Below are positions 1 through 14,351 of a stretch of 64,000 bases of DNA, piece after piece. The stretch spans positions 11,966,001 through 12,030,000 of the forward strand of contig NC_043005.1 of the NCBI RefSeq assembly GCF_006345805.1, in the 5' to 3' direction. This DNA is from Octopus sinensis (Eukaryota). Under the pieces are notes generated by a model that was not told the DNA's origin, made no database searches, and saw nothing but the letters and a program-made list of their open reading frames with translations. A program made the translations under genes and the position numbers. The number at the start of each line of letters is the position of its first letter. Position 1 is the first letter of the stretch.

Positions 1-165
1 TCCTCATGGTGTGAGATTTTTTTAAAGTGTATAGGGACCCTTAATAGAGACAATACTACAATATTTTATTGGTCCAGGCACCATCTTATGTCAATTTTAT
101 ACGGGGTGTGTACAAATTTTAGCGCTACAGTGCATACACAAAAATATACAAACAAACATATATAA

Positions 166-196
<31 letters not shown>

Positions 197-467
197 TGGT
201 GGCTCGTATGTATGTATGTGCATGTAAGTATTCATGTATATATATATACACTATGGCACAGATACCGCGTGACAAATACCATTGATAAGGATCTAGCAAA
301 GCCAGAGTCAAGGTGGAAATCTGTTTTTCAGTGTCTCACACCTTGGAATCAAACCTTTGAAATTTTCTTGCTGAAAGATCTTAATAACATTGCGAGGTCT
401 ACGCTTTGAAACAGATTAACTATGTGTGGTAAATTATCCTAATGGATTAGTCATTAGTTAAAGTTCG

Positions 468-868
468 AAAGGCGGAATGCTGGAAGAAACTTTAGCCCGT
501 CGGGCGAAATTTTTAGCAGTATGTCGTCTGCTGCTACGTTCTGAGTTCAAATTACGCCGAGGTCGACTTTGCCTTTCATCCTTTCTAGGTCGATAAATTA
601 AGGACCAGTTACGCACTGGGTCGATATAATCGAATTAATTCGTTTGTCTGTCCTTGTTTGTCATCTCTGTGTTTATCCCCTTGTGGGTAGGAAAGAAATG
701 GGTATTTCGTCAGTCATTACGTTCTGAGTTCAAATTCTGCCGAGGTCGACTGTTCCTTTCATCGTTTCGGGGTCGCTAAATTAAGTACCAGTTGTGTACT
801 GAGTCGATCTAATCGACTGAGATCCTCCCCCAAAAGGTTTCGGGCCTTGTGTCTACAGAAGGAAAGAA
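468..868 (+). mobile_element. tRNA-derived SINE family A (Nin-domain-like core), full monomer plus 5'-truncated second unit
   Basis: Head AAGGCGG..., B-box GAGTTCAAAT, core GAGGTCGACTTTGCCTTTCATCC..GGTCGATAAATTAAG-ACCAG repeated twice; the same sequence recurs >10 times in the window. Confidence 0.85.
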
Positions 869-959
869 TATTTGATGTTTGAATAAGAAAAATATTAGAA
901 AACATCGGATAATACATCCCTACAGACATCGTGCCTCACGTAAAAGAAGAATTGGCACT

Positions 960-3100
960 GCTTGAATGGTTTTGATCATATGTTTGCTAAGTAAGAAATT
1001 GGGTGTGTTCCAGATATCGTCGATCTTCTTGGACACGGATTTTAATTTGATCTTGAATGTGGGCAGTAGCTAAACTTGTGCCTTTAGACTAGTAGCCATT
1101 TTGCACTAGTTGGTGCAGGACTGCAAGCCGTCTTCAGCAATCTGTACGTTTTTCTAGGGACGTCCAGCCATTAAGTGCTAGTGGGCGCCTGGAAATCTAT
1201 GTTGGATGCACATTTTGTTTGTGTAGGGCTATCTAATAGTAGAGAGACTGAAGAGATTTTACAAACGTGCTCAGATACTTCCAACTGTTTGACAGGCACC
1301 GTCTGTGTACCAATCTGGACACGGAGAAACCACTCCGGGTCCTGTAGATCTTATGCAGATAGATTATTCTGGAAGCAAGTAGATAAGGATATTATAGGTT
1401 GCCTAATTTTTAAATCGTCGGTTATGCAAACTTATGAAGAGCATCGTCGATTCATAAAGGTTTCGTAGGCGGAGACGTGGATACTAGAAGCTGCACGAGT
1501 TGCTCCTTGCATGCCAAATATACAGAAACCGAATTAGCGAATTAGTTAACAGGTGATAACGAGGGTAATCGTCAACAACAAGTGGTGGTTCACACTGAAA
1601 AGAACAATTAGTGTAAAATCAATAAGATTTAGCAATGCAAAACATAGAATAGAGGTATACTTAGAAAGTTAGAAGAGAAAGTTAGGAAAGGCAAAGGAAT
1701 CGACGTGCTCGTAACAAGATCAGGCATCGAGCACATTCAGCAAGAAGTAAGAAGGCTACACTGACAGAGAAAAGACGTATGGACTGAGACAAGAGGAGAC
1801 GAAAGACTTTTGGTAGACATGACTGGCAGAAGCACAGCAAAGCAAAAAAAAAACAACAACATAATCTCATCTTCAACAGACCACAACTAGGCCATGTTAC
1901 TCGGCTTCAAACATACCTGTATGGCTTTTCAGCGGCACTTCGGTCTATTGTTTGAGAGAAACGGTGGGTTGGAACACTAAACAGACTTGTGTGTCTGCCT
2001 ATCACAACTCTTGGCCAGAAAGGAGGAGTATTGCGAAATCTCACAACCAGCAGGGGAAATATGGAGTTCTTAAATGCACATGTTGTAATCGCTTGGGTTG
2101 GATATTCTGCCTTACGAGCTCACCTTTATATGCCAGACTTACTTGAGGATATCTTTGCAGATACCTACAGCACTAGTGTGTGAACGAGGGAATTTTCTCA
2201 CTTCTGTGAACCGTGTAGCAACTGCACTGCTGATAATGGATCCACACTTAAACTGGTTAGTTTTCGGTGCCGTCTTCTGCGAATGATTTGCTGTAATATG
2301 AAAAGGCATTGGATTGGTACTTAGGATGAATGATTACCTATCGTAGCTATTCATAATAAGGAGTGGTAGTACCCTCTCATCTTTTTAGCATGTACTAAGT
2401 CTTAAGCCACTACTAAAAAAACTATAAACATTCAAGGTCATCCCACACGAACTACGTTGTAAAGAACCACGGACACTAAGATGTTATCATCTTAGTATAC
2501 CTGTTGAGGCACACTGTGCTGACCGGTAATTCTCTAAAGGACTATATCTTGGTGACTGAAACAAAAAGCAACCAAGACAATTCATTGGGCCTTTAGTTTG
2601 GCACCTGAAAATGCAGGTCCATGTTGTTCACCTGTCCCGCGGAGTACTGGAGAGATGGAACGGTTAAATTACTCGGGGTTTGGTTCGGTCCAGATTGGAG
2701 AAGTAGTGGGACGTGGTAACAAGCAGAGTGACCTCTCTCGCCTAGAAATGAGCCGGTAGAAAGCTCTCAGGAAAAGGTTCAGGATATACTCTTAAGGCAA
2801 TGGGAAGCAAAACCATTCTGCATGCTTTCGTCCACTTCTCGAATATTGCTGCCTTGCAGAATTATGTTGTGCAGCCCTTGCATAGATTTCTCTCTGCCCG
2901 TGAAGGGCAATTGTTTTTTCTGTTGGCCTTCGTAAAAGGGGTTTTATGATGGTTGAGTTTCGAACAGCAGAAGATAGCCAATGCCTGCAGGAAAAGTTTT
3001 ACTTGTGGAAAATAATAGTATAATAGTTCAATGGTGGATGAGAATGAGTGTAGGTTGCGATTGAATGGGTCAGTTCTAAGCAATCACCTGTAGATTTAAA
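960..3100 (+). mobile_element. Degenerate L1/Tx1-clade LINE ORF2 (APE endonuclease + partial RT), frameshifted and internally deleted
   Basis: APE-like WTRRNHSGSCRSYADRLF (ORF 1175-1468), followed by GY*KLHELLL (GYWKLN motif), DILPYEL (~2100) and VKLLGVWFGPD (~2660), which matches IKLPGVWIGPG in the 22.7-23.8 kb copy. Confidence 0.8.
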
Positions 3101-3404
3101 TAGGACAACTGTGACAGGAGGCTTGCTTAGAAATCAATGTGACCATAGGTTATGCGGGGTTTTCCAGAATAAGCTTCAAATGCCTCACTCATTTTGAGGA
3201 ATACTTTTTTTGTTTTAATTACATTATAGCTCTTGTATGCATATTCAATATATAAAACAACTCTATATTGTCTTGCAGCGTCCACTATCTTTTCGCCAAC
3301 CCTTCTTTCCCACATTCTCATCTTAATGTTGATGCTTTTGTTATTCTGATTTGGGCAAGAGGTGAGCAATCTTAAGGAGATAAGTTTTGATGATTCGAGA
3401 GACT

Positions 3405-3545
3405 CCAGTCTTTAAAGGATACACGATTTTATCGATATCGAAAAGATGAAAGGCGAAGTTAAATGTAGCGGGATTTGAACATGTTACGATGCATCAGATA
3501 TACCATCTGGCATTTTGTCCGAGGCTCTAACGATTCTTGCATCTT
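3405..3545 (-). mobile_element. Highly diverged SINE family A copy
   Basis: TTTATCGA..CGAAAAGATGAAAGGCGAAGT..GCGGGATTTGAAC resembles the reverse complement of the family A core and B-box. Confidence 0.5.
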
Positions 3546-3859
3546 ATTGCCAGTATATTAGTTATATAATGAAATTAATTGATGTGCATTACTAAGAATC
3601 GAAACCACAACATCAACTCTGTACTAGCTTTCATCTCACAACATCTTGCCTGCTATTTCTATTGGCTTCTATATATTCAATTCTTGCTTCATGTTGAATG
3701 GCTAATTCTGTTCCAATGCACAATTAAGGTAGTCATAAATTACGTAATAAAATTATTGGCGCATAAACAGTAAATGTAATAAGTAGCGTAGATGGGGATT
3801 ATAAACTATTAGATAATACCAAGGGATAATGAGCTATATTTCAACAAAATAAATTATTA

Positions 3860-4340
<481 letters not shown>

Positions 4341-4809
4341 TACATACATATATATATTGTATTAGTCTAAAGAGCGTTCGTAGTGAAAGCAGATGTATTT
4401 TGATAGGTACCATGGTGTAAGTGCAAATTTCTGCTGTAAGCCTCAAGAATATTGCATAATTAATGGGGATTCAGAAAGCCCAGAGTCGTCAACTCTGATA
4501 TTTTGGTTTATTCTATATGCGATGCTTGATGATTTTCTTCAAGACAAGGCATAATTAATTCAAATGTCCATCTCATGCCTGCAATTTAAAAATTCAAATG
4601 ATTTCAGCCATTGGAATAAAGTCATGCTGGATAATCGGTTCCAGAGTTTTCAGTCAATTTTATCAACGCCGATACTTAAATGTTGTCGATTCTAATTATC
4701 TCTTCACTATTTCTCCAAGCTACCTCTCTTTAGATGGTTCCTTCTATTTCAGTAGTATACTATGTATATCATGTTTTAAACGGTATATACGAACATAAAC
4801 ACACAGGCA

Positions 4810-5390
4810 AAGGCGGCGAGCTGGCAGAAACGTTAGCACGCCGGGCGAAATGCTTTGTGGTATTTCGTCTGCCGCTACGTTCTGAGTTCAAATTCTGCCG
4901 AGGTCGACTTTGCCTTTCATCATTTAGAGATCGATAAATTAAGTACCACTTGGGTCGATGTGATCGACTTAGTCCCTTTGTCTGTCTTTGTTTGTCCCCT
5001 CTATGTTTAGCACCTTTGTGGGGAATAAAGAAATGAGAAACGTTAGCATGCCGGGCGAAATGCTTAGCGGTATGTCGTCTGTCGCTACGTTCTGAGTTCA
5101 AATTCCGCCGAGGTCGACTTTGCGTTTCATCCTTTGGGGGTCGATTAAATAAGTACCAGTTACGCGCTGGGTCGATGTTATCGACTTAATCCCTTTGTCT
5201 GTCCTTGTTTGCTTTCTCTGTGTTTAGCCCCTTGTGGGTAGTAAAGAAATAGGTATTTGGTCTGCCGCTACGTTCTGAGTTCAATATCCGCCGAGGTCGA
5301 CTTTTCCTTTCATCCTTTTGGGGTCGATGAAATAAGCACCAGTTTCACACTGGTGCCGATATAATCGATTTAATCCGTTTGTCTGTCCTT
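4810..5390 (+). mobile_element. SINE family A trimer (full unit + two 5'-truncated units)
   Basis: AAGGCGGCGAGCTGGCAGAAACGTTAGC head at 4810; core repeated at ~4900, ~5110 and ~5295. Confidence 0.9.
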
Positions 5391-6532
5391 CGTGCATTCA
5401 TATGTACAAGTGCGTGTGTGTGTGTGTGCGCGCGCAGATGTGTGTGCATGTGTATTTGTGCTTGTTTGCATGAGTAAGAAGAGTTTTGAACACTTTCTGT
5501 TATGCCATTAATCAATTTCAAAAGACATAGTCGAGAAAAGTGCAGTGCATTGGCTCGTACTCGAAATCACGTGGTTACAATATTAACTTCTCGTGCATGT
5601 AAAAATGTCAGCTGATATCTAAGTAATTTCAAAATATTCACATACGTCTCATAATGTCTCATGGTTTGACACAATTAACGTCGTAGCAAAGAAGCTATAA
5701 AATAAATGCGATGTTCTCTGGTGTAATTGTATCATTTCAATCGTCTAGAAAGGAAAGTGGTTGTAAAACTCACTAAAATGTATGTCACTTTCTAATCATA
5801 CACGCAAGATGTTACGACATGAAGCAACAATTTTAAATATCTTTCGCACGTAATAATACTTTCTGCGAGCAATTACTACGAACGTTTGCCGAAATCTTCC
5901 GAAAATCCAAATGATAGCTCGTCCATTAATTTATCAAATTCCTTTCACTCATGTACCGTTATATCCCATAACTCATAACATCGAGACACTAGGAATTCGT
6001 TCTAGACATATTAAGAAGCTTAGTTAAAAGTTACACTGTTTCCCATGTACTAATACTGGATATTGTTCAGTGCGTCGCTTTAATCGGAGCTTAAACGGTG
6101 AGTGTATAACGGTGAAAACACAAAGAGATTATTTTCTTATCTATTGACTCAAATTATTTCGCTAGTATTATATTTATTACATTAAGTTCTGCATCTAATG
6201 CACATAAAACGGTAACAGTCTCTGAGAAGAAAACAAAAAAGAAGAGGAAAAAATATAGTATCTCTTGTTTTTTGTCCTGCAAAATAAAAATTTGATTTAC
6301 AAAATGTTTTAGTTTTTCCTCTGTCTCTGCTTCATATGACAGGTAAAAAAACCCAATTCTATTGTCATTTATCGAAGAATTATAACGCACAAAGTTTCCA
6401 TACTACCATATTTAAAACCACATCTGTCTTAAATTCTCGAAATGTAAAACATTCCGTACTGTATTTGTCAAGATATTCATAAAGGTACAGAATTTCTCAC
6501 ACATACATACAAACATACATACATACATACAA

Positions 6533-6565
<33 letters not shown>

Positions 6566-6584
6566 CATACATACATTTCTCACT

Positions 6585-6745
6585 TTATTTCCTCTCCTTG
6601 TTCCTTTCTGTGTTCCTTTCTGTGGAAGAGCGCAGGCTCGAAACATTAAAAACTTTCTTCACTTCCCGAGCGTTATACTAATACATCTGTTTGTTGTCTA
6701 CACCACCTGTCTTCGTCATTTACTTTTTGTGAATTCTTCCTACAT
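6585..6745 (+). ncRNA. Small repeat with minimal type-I hammerhead-like motif (core variant CUGUGGA)
   Basis: 6615-6652: CUUU-CUGUGGA-A-GAGC(GCAG)GCUC-GAAA-CA-UU-AAAA; homologous to the copy at 49154-49191; flanked by (TACA)n. Confidence 0.55.
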
Positions 6746-7084
6746 ACATACATACATACATGCCTGCATACATACATACACACATACATACAAACAAACA
6801 TACATACATATATAAGTAGTAGCGCAAAGCAATGAGGGTAAATATACAAACTTTAAGTTACTTCAAGTATATTTGTGACGTGTTTTAACTTCTAAAGGCA
6901 ATTTCACTCCAGTTTCGCATGAACAAAACAATTCTTGCTTTTGGTAAGCCAGAGAGTGCCACCAAATTGGTATTAGCGTGCTTATACCTTTACCATGAGA
7001 GGGAATTATTCTCCATGGTAAACTGCAGTGAAATTGTGTTTAGAAGACTTTATACGTCACTGCTATATTTGAAGTATCCTAGAG

Positions 7085-7290
7085 TGTGTGTATATATATA
7101 TATATATCAATTAATTATATTTATTTTTTGTTTTTTATGTTTTGGTTTATTTCTATAACTGTTTAAGTTGCCTAATAGTGGATTTATCTCTAATTTAATT
7201 TATATTTATACTGTGAAATTTGATTTAATCCTAAATTTAATTTTTCCCTGTAAGTTTGGATATACTCCCTAATATTATCTATATATATAT

Positions 7291-7341
<51 letters not shown>

Positions 7342-7685
7342 ATTAAATTAGAGATAAAACCACTATTAGGCAAATCAAACAGTGAAAATCATAAGCCAAT
7401 ACATAGAAATAAAATTAATTTAAAAAAATATAAAATATAAAATATAAAAATATAAAATATAAAATATAAAATATAAAATTCCAAATTAAAATATTTAAAT
7501 TAAAGATTTTTTAAAAATTAATTTTATTTTTATGTATTGGCTTATGATTCTCACTGTTTGATTTGCCTAATAGTGGTTTTATCTCTAATTTAATATAATA
7601 TATATTTAAACTATAAAATTAGATTTAATCCTAAATCTAATTTTTCCCTGTAAGTTTGGATTTACTCCCTAATATTATTATTATT
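7085..7685. repeat. Direct-plus-inverted repeat element (PLE pseudo-LTR-like arrangement)
   Basis: Block ~7155-7285 repeated directly at ~7555-7680; 7345-7420 is a near-perfect inverted copy of ~7516-7592 around an (AAAATAT)n spacer. Confidence 0.75.
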
Positions 7686-7688
7686 ATA

Positions 7689-7720
<32 letters not shown>

Positions 7721-9188
7721 CGTATGTATGTATGTATGTATGCGTATATATGTGTATGTATGAGTGTGTATGTGTGTGTGTGCGTGTGTGTGTGTGTGTG
7801 TATGTGTGTGTGTGTGCAGATGTGTATGTGCCTATGCAAACTATCGCTTTAAGCATCTAATACATTTTCCATAAATAAAATAAAGAAGGTACGCGTGTGC
7901 ACAAACATAAACACACATACATACTCATTGAGAATTGCTACAATGTATTTAAATGAAAACGAAAGTTTAAAAAATGGAGTTATCTCCCTTTACATCACAT
8001 TGCACAGTGAAAGATTGTCATTGTTTATTAAACAAAAGATTATTATATTGTGCTATCGAAAAATCATACATTTATATATATTTTTTTAATTCCTGCATAA
8101 TTGTCAAGGATTTGATTATATGTTTAGCCAGGTCTTTTGTTCACTCGTTTTTCAAAAAATATCGATAACAAATCGAACTTGTCACTCTCAATGGGAACAC
8201 TGCATTAATAAATCAACACGTTTCGGTGATTAGAACATTATGACAAATTCAAAAGAACTACGAACTCCATGGTAAGTTAAAGATATTTTACGATGTTATG
8301 ATATTTAATACAGTGAACATTAAAAGTCAGCCAAGAAATTATTGTTTTGTGAGGAAATAACAGAAATATTCGACACTGAATATTGCTTTAAATATTCCAG
8401 GAAAGTACGGGAAACAATTTGGGATATACTCTACTCTTACTGGGACTTCTCAGCTAAGCATATACTTCTCTGTCATGCCGATGGTGACATTAAGAATTTC
8501 CAAGTGAATACACAATATTGTACACTAGTTGATGCGAAGAGATACTCTAAGTATAGCTTGGAGAAAAGGTGACACAATTTATTCAGAGTCTCTATGAATC
8601 TGAAAAGCAATGATTGAGTTAAGTGTTGGTATGGTAGAATTATTATACTATTGGATAGAGTATCTAGGGCTATCCATACGGGAGTCTCTGCGATCTTAGT
8701 TTAAGCACCCCGGGGATAACTTTGCTTTTCATCATTTTTTCCTAGCGATAAATTGATATACTATACAAGAATTGGGATCGGATTGTCTATCTCTTTTCCT
8801 TTTTCACGATAAGAATTCACCTATGAAAATATCTGTGGAGAAATGGTCTTCACCAAGTCTAAAAGACACCTCCAATATCAGAGTGCTATCCCTAAAATTA
8901 CAGCCGAATTGATTCAAGATAAATTAAGTTCAGTTTTAGCATTAAATGTGTTTATGAACATAGATTATTTAAAGATAATTTAACTCATCATAAATAGATA
9001 ATTAACAAGCATAATGATACTCCTACTATTGCTATTTTGTTGCTTCTAACACTCGAAGCAGCCACAAATGAAAAATGTTTTTTAAAATATTTATCAGGTT
9101 GGAAGAATATTTATTGTGTGTCTTTCATCTTATACTAGTTTCAGCCATTGGACTATGGTCATACTGAGGCGCACGAACACCACGCACA

Positions 9189-9250
<62 letters not shown>

Positions 9251-9256
9251 ATATAT

Positions 9257-9354
<98 letters not shown>

Positions 9355-9664
9355 CTATATATATATATCGTTTTTTCGTAAAGACAAATACGAAGAAGCA
9401 CACGCTAAGGAGTAGGGCAGTCTATATTCATTACTGATAAAAGCCAGTTTATAGGGTTACTCTGAATTTCCGGTCTAAAGGGTACCTTACCAATCAGTAA
9501 GAAAGAGAGGAACTATAAGGGGAATCCAAGTGAGCAGATTAGAGACATGATTCAAATAAACGCATAAAAATTGTGTTTCAAAGTACAAATTGTATATACA
9601 TGAATATATATATAAAATGAGAATGTAGACTCCCAGTTTTCAGATCATAAAAATATCAAGTGTA

Positions 9665-9737
<73 letters not shown>

Positions 9738-9749
9738 ATATAATATAAT

Positions 9750-10763
9750 TTTGAGTAATTGAATGAATTATCTTATTAAGGATAATTCGAAAGATAACCG
9801 ATACCTGGGTAGCAAATTCACATCAGAAAGAACACGGTTGAAGCTACGTCCATAGGGCATAGACTACGTGTCTTCGTGCGGAAATTTGTATGTTTATTTT
9901 AAAATTGTAAGTATATAAAAGAATGGAGTTGAACGACTAGTTAACGAATATCCTTTATTTTCGACATATGTTTCGAAGGCTGCATATTCCTAATTGTTCG
10001 CCAAAGGCCCTTTAATAAACACAATCGTCGAAAGATCCTACAGGCGTTTACACTGGAAAAGACACACCTTTCACTCATATAAATAGTGACTAATATAGAT
10101 AAACCCTCGATTTCCCAAAAAAATTTTTCCTATACTTCACCCCAATAGTGAAAAAGATTTTCTTATATTCCCAATTACTACTATCCATTCTTGCGTTGCC
10201 TCTCACCTCGCCCTATTCTTTCTCCTTTTCGCTATCTACTTTCCTTTCTATACAGTAAACATAATCGAACACACAGACACAGATATTTCATCTCACAGCT
10301 GTCAGTTTTCTGACATCTACCCATCCACAAACAGAATCACGCATTCAGACACACACATACACACATTAAGACAGTTATATACAGTCACACACACAGGCAC
10401 TCATTCATTTAAACCCACCATTCTTTTGACCTGCACTCTCTCACCTTACTATTCTTATGCCTCCCTCCTCCTACTTCGTTTGAACTCTTGAACCTTTAGA
10501 AACTTCTAGATTCTTCTACATTCAGCCACTCTGACGTCACACATTATAAAGAGACACTCATTATCGCCATGGGCTCCTTGAGAGCAGTCAGCTAAAGGTT
10601 TTTTGTACATTTTGATGTCGACATAAGTTCCTTGATTTTCCTGATGAGAAATCTGCATAATGTACTCCTTATTCCTTTGGATTAGGAATATGCAGCCTTC
10701 GAAACATATGTCGAGAATAAAGGATATTTTGTTACTAGTCGTTCAACTCCATTCTTTCATATT

Positions 10764-10766
<3 letters not shown>
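9750..10766 (+). mobile_element. Non-coding PLE-like element with inverted terminal arms and a type-I hammerhead
   Basis: Inverted repeat 9921-9994 / 10681-10754; HHR at 10636-10717 (UUUUC-CUGAUGA-GAA..UUC-GAAA-CAUAUG-UC-GAGAA); (TA)n on both sides. Confidence 0.7.
10636..10717 (+). ncRNA. Type-I hammerhead ribozyme, canonical core
   Basis: CUGAUGA 10641-10647, GAAA 10701-10704, palindromic stem III ACAUAUGU, GUC triplet with predicted cleavage after 10712, stem I UUUUC/GAGAA, stem II GAA/UUC extended by CUGCAU/AUGCAG. Confidence 0.75.
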
Positions 10767-10815
<49 letters not shown>

Positions 10816-10974
10816 TATATATATATATATTATATATTATATATATATGAGCAAACTTAGATTACAGAGACTCAAAGAATTAGGTCGGCTATATCTGCCA
10901 AACTAAAGAGTAACACCAAACATTTCGAAACGCTGTCGTAGTGTAACGCCTTCTCCCTTCTAATTTTATGAGTC

Positions 10975-11041
<67 letters not shown>

Positions 11042-12212
11042 TTACGTATATGTACATACATATGTTTGTGTGTGTGCTTGCATATACGTATATCTGGTTA
11101 AGAAGATTGATTCTCAGCCATGTGGCCTTTGGTTCAGACACACTGCGTAGCATAGTGGGAAACAATACATGCACACCTACACATACACGCACACTCACAC
11201 GCATATGCATACTTTTATCTGTTTGTATATATATATGCGCGTATGTGTGCGTAAGTGTATGTGTATATGTCAGGATGTGTGCATGTATGAATTGTATTAT
11301 ACAGCTAATCATAAGTTCCTGTTAAGGAAAGCACTGCTTAGATCTCCGCAACCAATTTAACATGTAAGTGTATTATTAGTCCGTGGACGTTGCGAACTGT
11401 AAGCACTTGTTCTCATTCCTGCGGAACACTTACTTATGTACGTGTATATGCATATGTCGAAAATGTGATGATGTTTGGTCGACAACTGATGAGAGGCTCA
11501 CCGTGGATCTAACAGTTTTGTGTGAATATTTTTGTTGTGGGGAGTGGTCCTGCAAATTCTTCTCATGTCATTCTGTATTATTTTTCTTTACTCACAAACC
11601 CACATAGTACACACACATATACTCATATAAATAGAGAAGCTTTTGCTAGTGGAAACTCACACACACTAGCATATACACCGACACATTCGCAACACACAAT
11701 CACATGTTCTATGCTGGTGTCGCATTTGCAACTTAGCACTTAACACTAGAGCTGTTATATGTCCAACTATTATTTTTATACAATTTACTTTTCATTTTGT
11801 TTCATATTTTTATTGTGTTGTATTGGATTAATAAATGCAGTTGGTAATTGTAAATGATTCTTAGATAAAGGTCTTCTAGGTTAGCCGTTTTTTTACGCTC
11901 AGTTAGTAAGTGTTAAGCTTTCAGAGAACTGTTATCTTATGTTTTCAGGCATTTCTGCTGTGCAATCTAACACAATCATAGTATAAATGAAAATCTATGT
12001 GTTTATGTAGGCATTTTTATATATGTATATATATATATGTATTTATATAAGTAATGCATGTTTGCGTGTGTGAAGATATGTTTGTCTGTATGCGTATATC
12101 AATATCAATGTATATTTATATGTATATGTATATATTTTTGTGCGTCTGTAGGTATGTATGTGTGTGTAGGTATGCATGTATCTATGTATACGTATGTGTT
12201 TATATGTATGTA

Positions 12213-12262
<50 letters not shown>

Positions 12263-13330
12263 ATGTATGTATGTGTGTGTATTTACCTTTGTTTCAAATT
12301 ATATGCTCCTTAGATGATGAAATTTTGCATGGAGGAACAATTCTTAAGTAAGAATTTTACAGTTGATAAGACATTTTCCGAAAATTTAAAATCTTCAATT
12401 TATTGAAAAATGAAGACTTTATGGTTACCGTAGATGAATGTTCTCATCCTGGTGAAGAGAGAGGAATGTGTGACAGCATATACTTTACAGGTAGTGCTGG
12501 TGGTGTCGATGGCGCCAGTTGTGTTGTTAACGGTAGTGGTGATGGTGGTGGTGGTGGTTTCGGCGATGCATGGTAATACAGTTATCGATAGTGATAGTGG
12601 TGGTGGTGGAGGTGGTGAGAATAGAAATTTTGGCTAATCATACTCTTCATTTGTTTTCTCTTTCCATACGAGATTGCTTGTGGATGTATACATTCTACAA
12701 ACGAAAATTGATTACATACAGCCAAACTTTTTAATGTGAACAGGAGAATCTATGTTGGAAATCCGACAATTTTTATTTAAATGCGACAGACAGAAAAATC
12801 AAACAAGATATAAACATTCTCCTTACTTCAGAAATGCAAATTTTCTTATTACAGACAAATATTATAGATATTGTGTTCGTTTCTTATTAAAATTTTATAT
12901 TACACCAGACGTTATATAACTCACACGTACAGTTTCATTAAAGATATTAAGCTTCATCCCTTTAATATAGAAATCTCTGAATATATATAAATGTATATCT
13001 GGTTCGGTGACGGGGTAAAACAATTGAGAAGAACCGTATTGTGCATTGATATTCACTATATTCTAAATATATTGCGTACATGTAGTTGGTAGTTCATACT
13101 TGTCAAATTGGGTTATAAGTAGTCGTTTCTCTTATGGATAAGTCACAGTGAATATTCTATATTTGGAAAGTAGAAAACCGTAAGTTTATAACACATCTAT
13201 AATTGATAAATATCGGTTTATATTTTGGCATCAGTCAATTTTCTTAAAATGCATACTTTTTATAAATCATACACATATGTTTATGTGGAATATAAAACGA
13301 GCTTAAAAATATGTGTGTACCTTCGAAAAG

Positions 13331-13383
<53 letters not shown>

Positions 13384-13398
13384 ATATAATTATATATA

Positions 13399-13445
<47 letters not shown>

Positions 13446-13485
13446 TATATGTATTATATATATATTATATATATATATATATAAA

Positions 13486-14015
13486 GACGCGGGGTATTTG
13501 TGTATAAGAATTTTGCTTCCCAACCACATGGTTCCGGGTTCAGTCCCATTGCGTGGCACATTGGGCAAGTGTTTTTTACTTTAGTATCTATTTCTTTACT
13601 ACCCACAAGGGGCTAAACACAGAGGGGACAAAGAAGGACAGACAAACGGATTAAGTCGATTATATCGACCCCAGTGCGTAACTGGTACTTATTTAATCGA
13701 CCCCGAAAGGATGAAAGGCAAAGTCGACCTCGGCGGAATTTGAACGCAGAACGTAACGGCTGACGAAATGCGGCTAGGCATTTCGCCTGGCGTGCTAACG
13801 TTTCTGCCAGCTCGCAGACTAAAGCCTTGTGAGTTGATTTGGTAGACGGAAACTGAAAGAAAATCGTTGTATATATCTGTATGTATATGTGTATGTGTGC
13901 TTGTGTTTGCCCCGCGCCATCACTTGATAACCGACGACGGTGTGTTTTCGTCCCCGTTACTTAGCAGTTCGGCGAAAGACACCGATGGAATAAATACTAA
14001 ACTTACAACGAATAA
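13486..14015 (+). mobile_element. tRNA-derived SINE family B (CORE-like CCTTGGGCAAGT motif, internal microsatellite), interrupted by a family A SINE
   Basis: Head ..CCACATGGTTCCGGGTTCAGTCCC..TTGGGCAAGT to ~13590; resumes at 13816 with AGACTAAAGCCTTGTGAG..GGTAGACGGAAACTGAAAG. Confidence 0.85.
13591..13815 (-). mobile_element. SINE family A nested inside a family B SINE
   Basis: Reverse complement of the full family A consensus; splits the family B copy. Confidence 0.9.
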
Positions 14016-14351
14016 GTTATACATTTATAAATATTTTATATATTTAAAAATTTTAATATTATATCTTGTATAAATGAATGTACCAATGAATTCTGTGGAG
14101 TATTCCGACGCTTTGAAATACATTGAGTAAATATGAACACTGACCTTGGAAATTTGTTCCCTCTTTCTTGATTATATACATATATATATATATATAAATG
14201 AATGAATGAATTATCCTTTGTTTACCGTTAACATGGAAAATTCAATAAACAGGTACCAGGGTAGCAAAATTCACGCAAGTAACAGGGATGAAGCAACCTA
14301 TTCAAAGGTATAAACTCCGGGTTAATGTGCAGTAATTTGTGTATTATAAGT

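Noticed and set aside
4810-5390. Regularly spaced repeats resembling a CRISPR array
   Set aside because: The units are ~185-225-bp SINE monomers with no unique spacers, the context is eukaryotic, and there are no cas genes.
12480-12620. Val/Gly-rich ORF 12434-12637
   Set aside because: It is degenerate (GGT)n low-complexity sequence.
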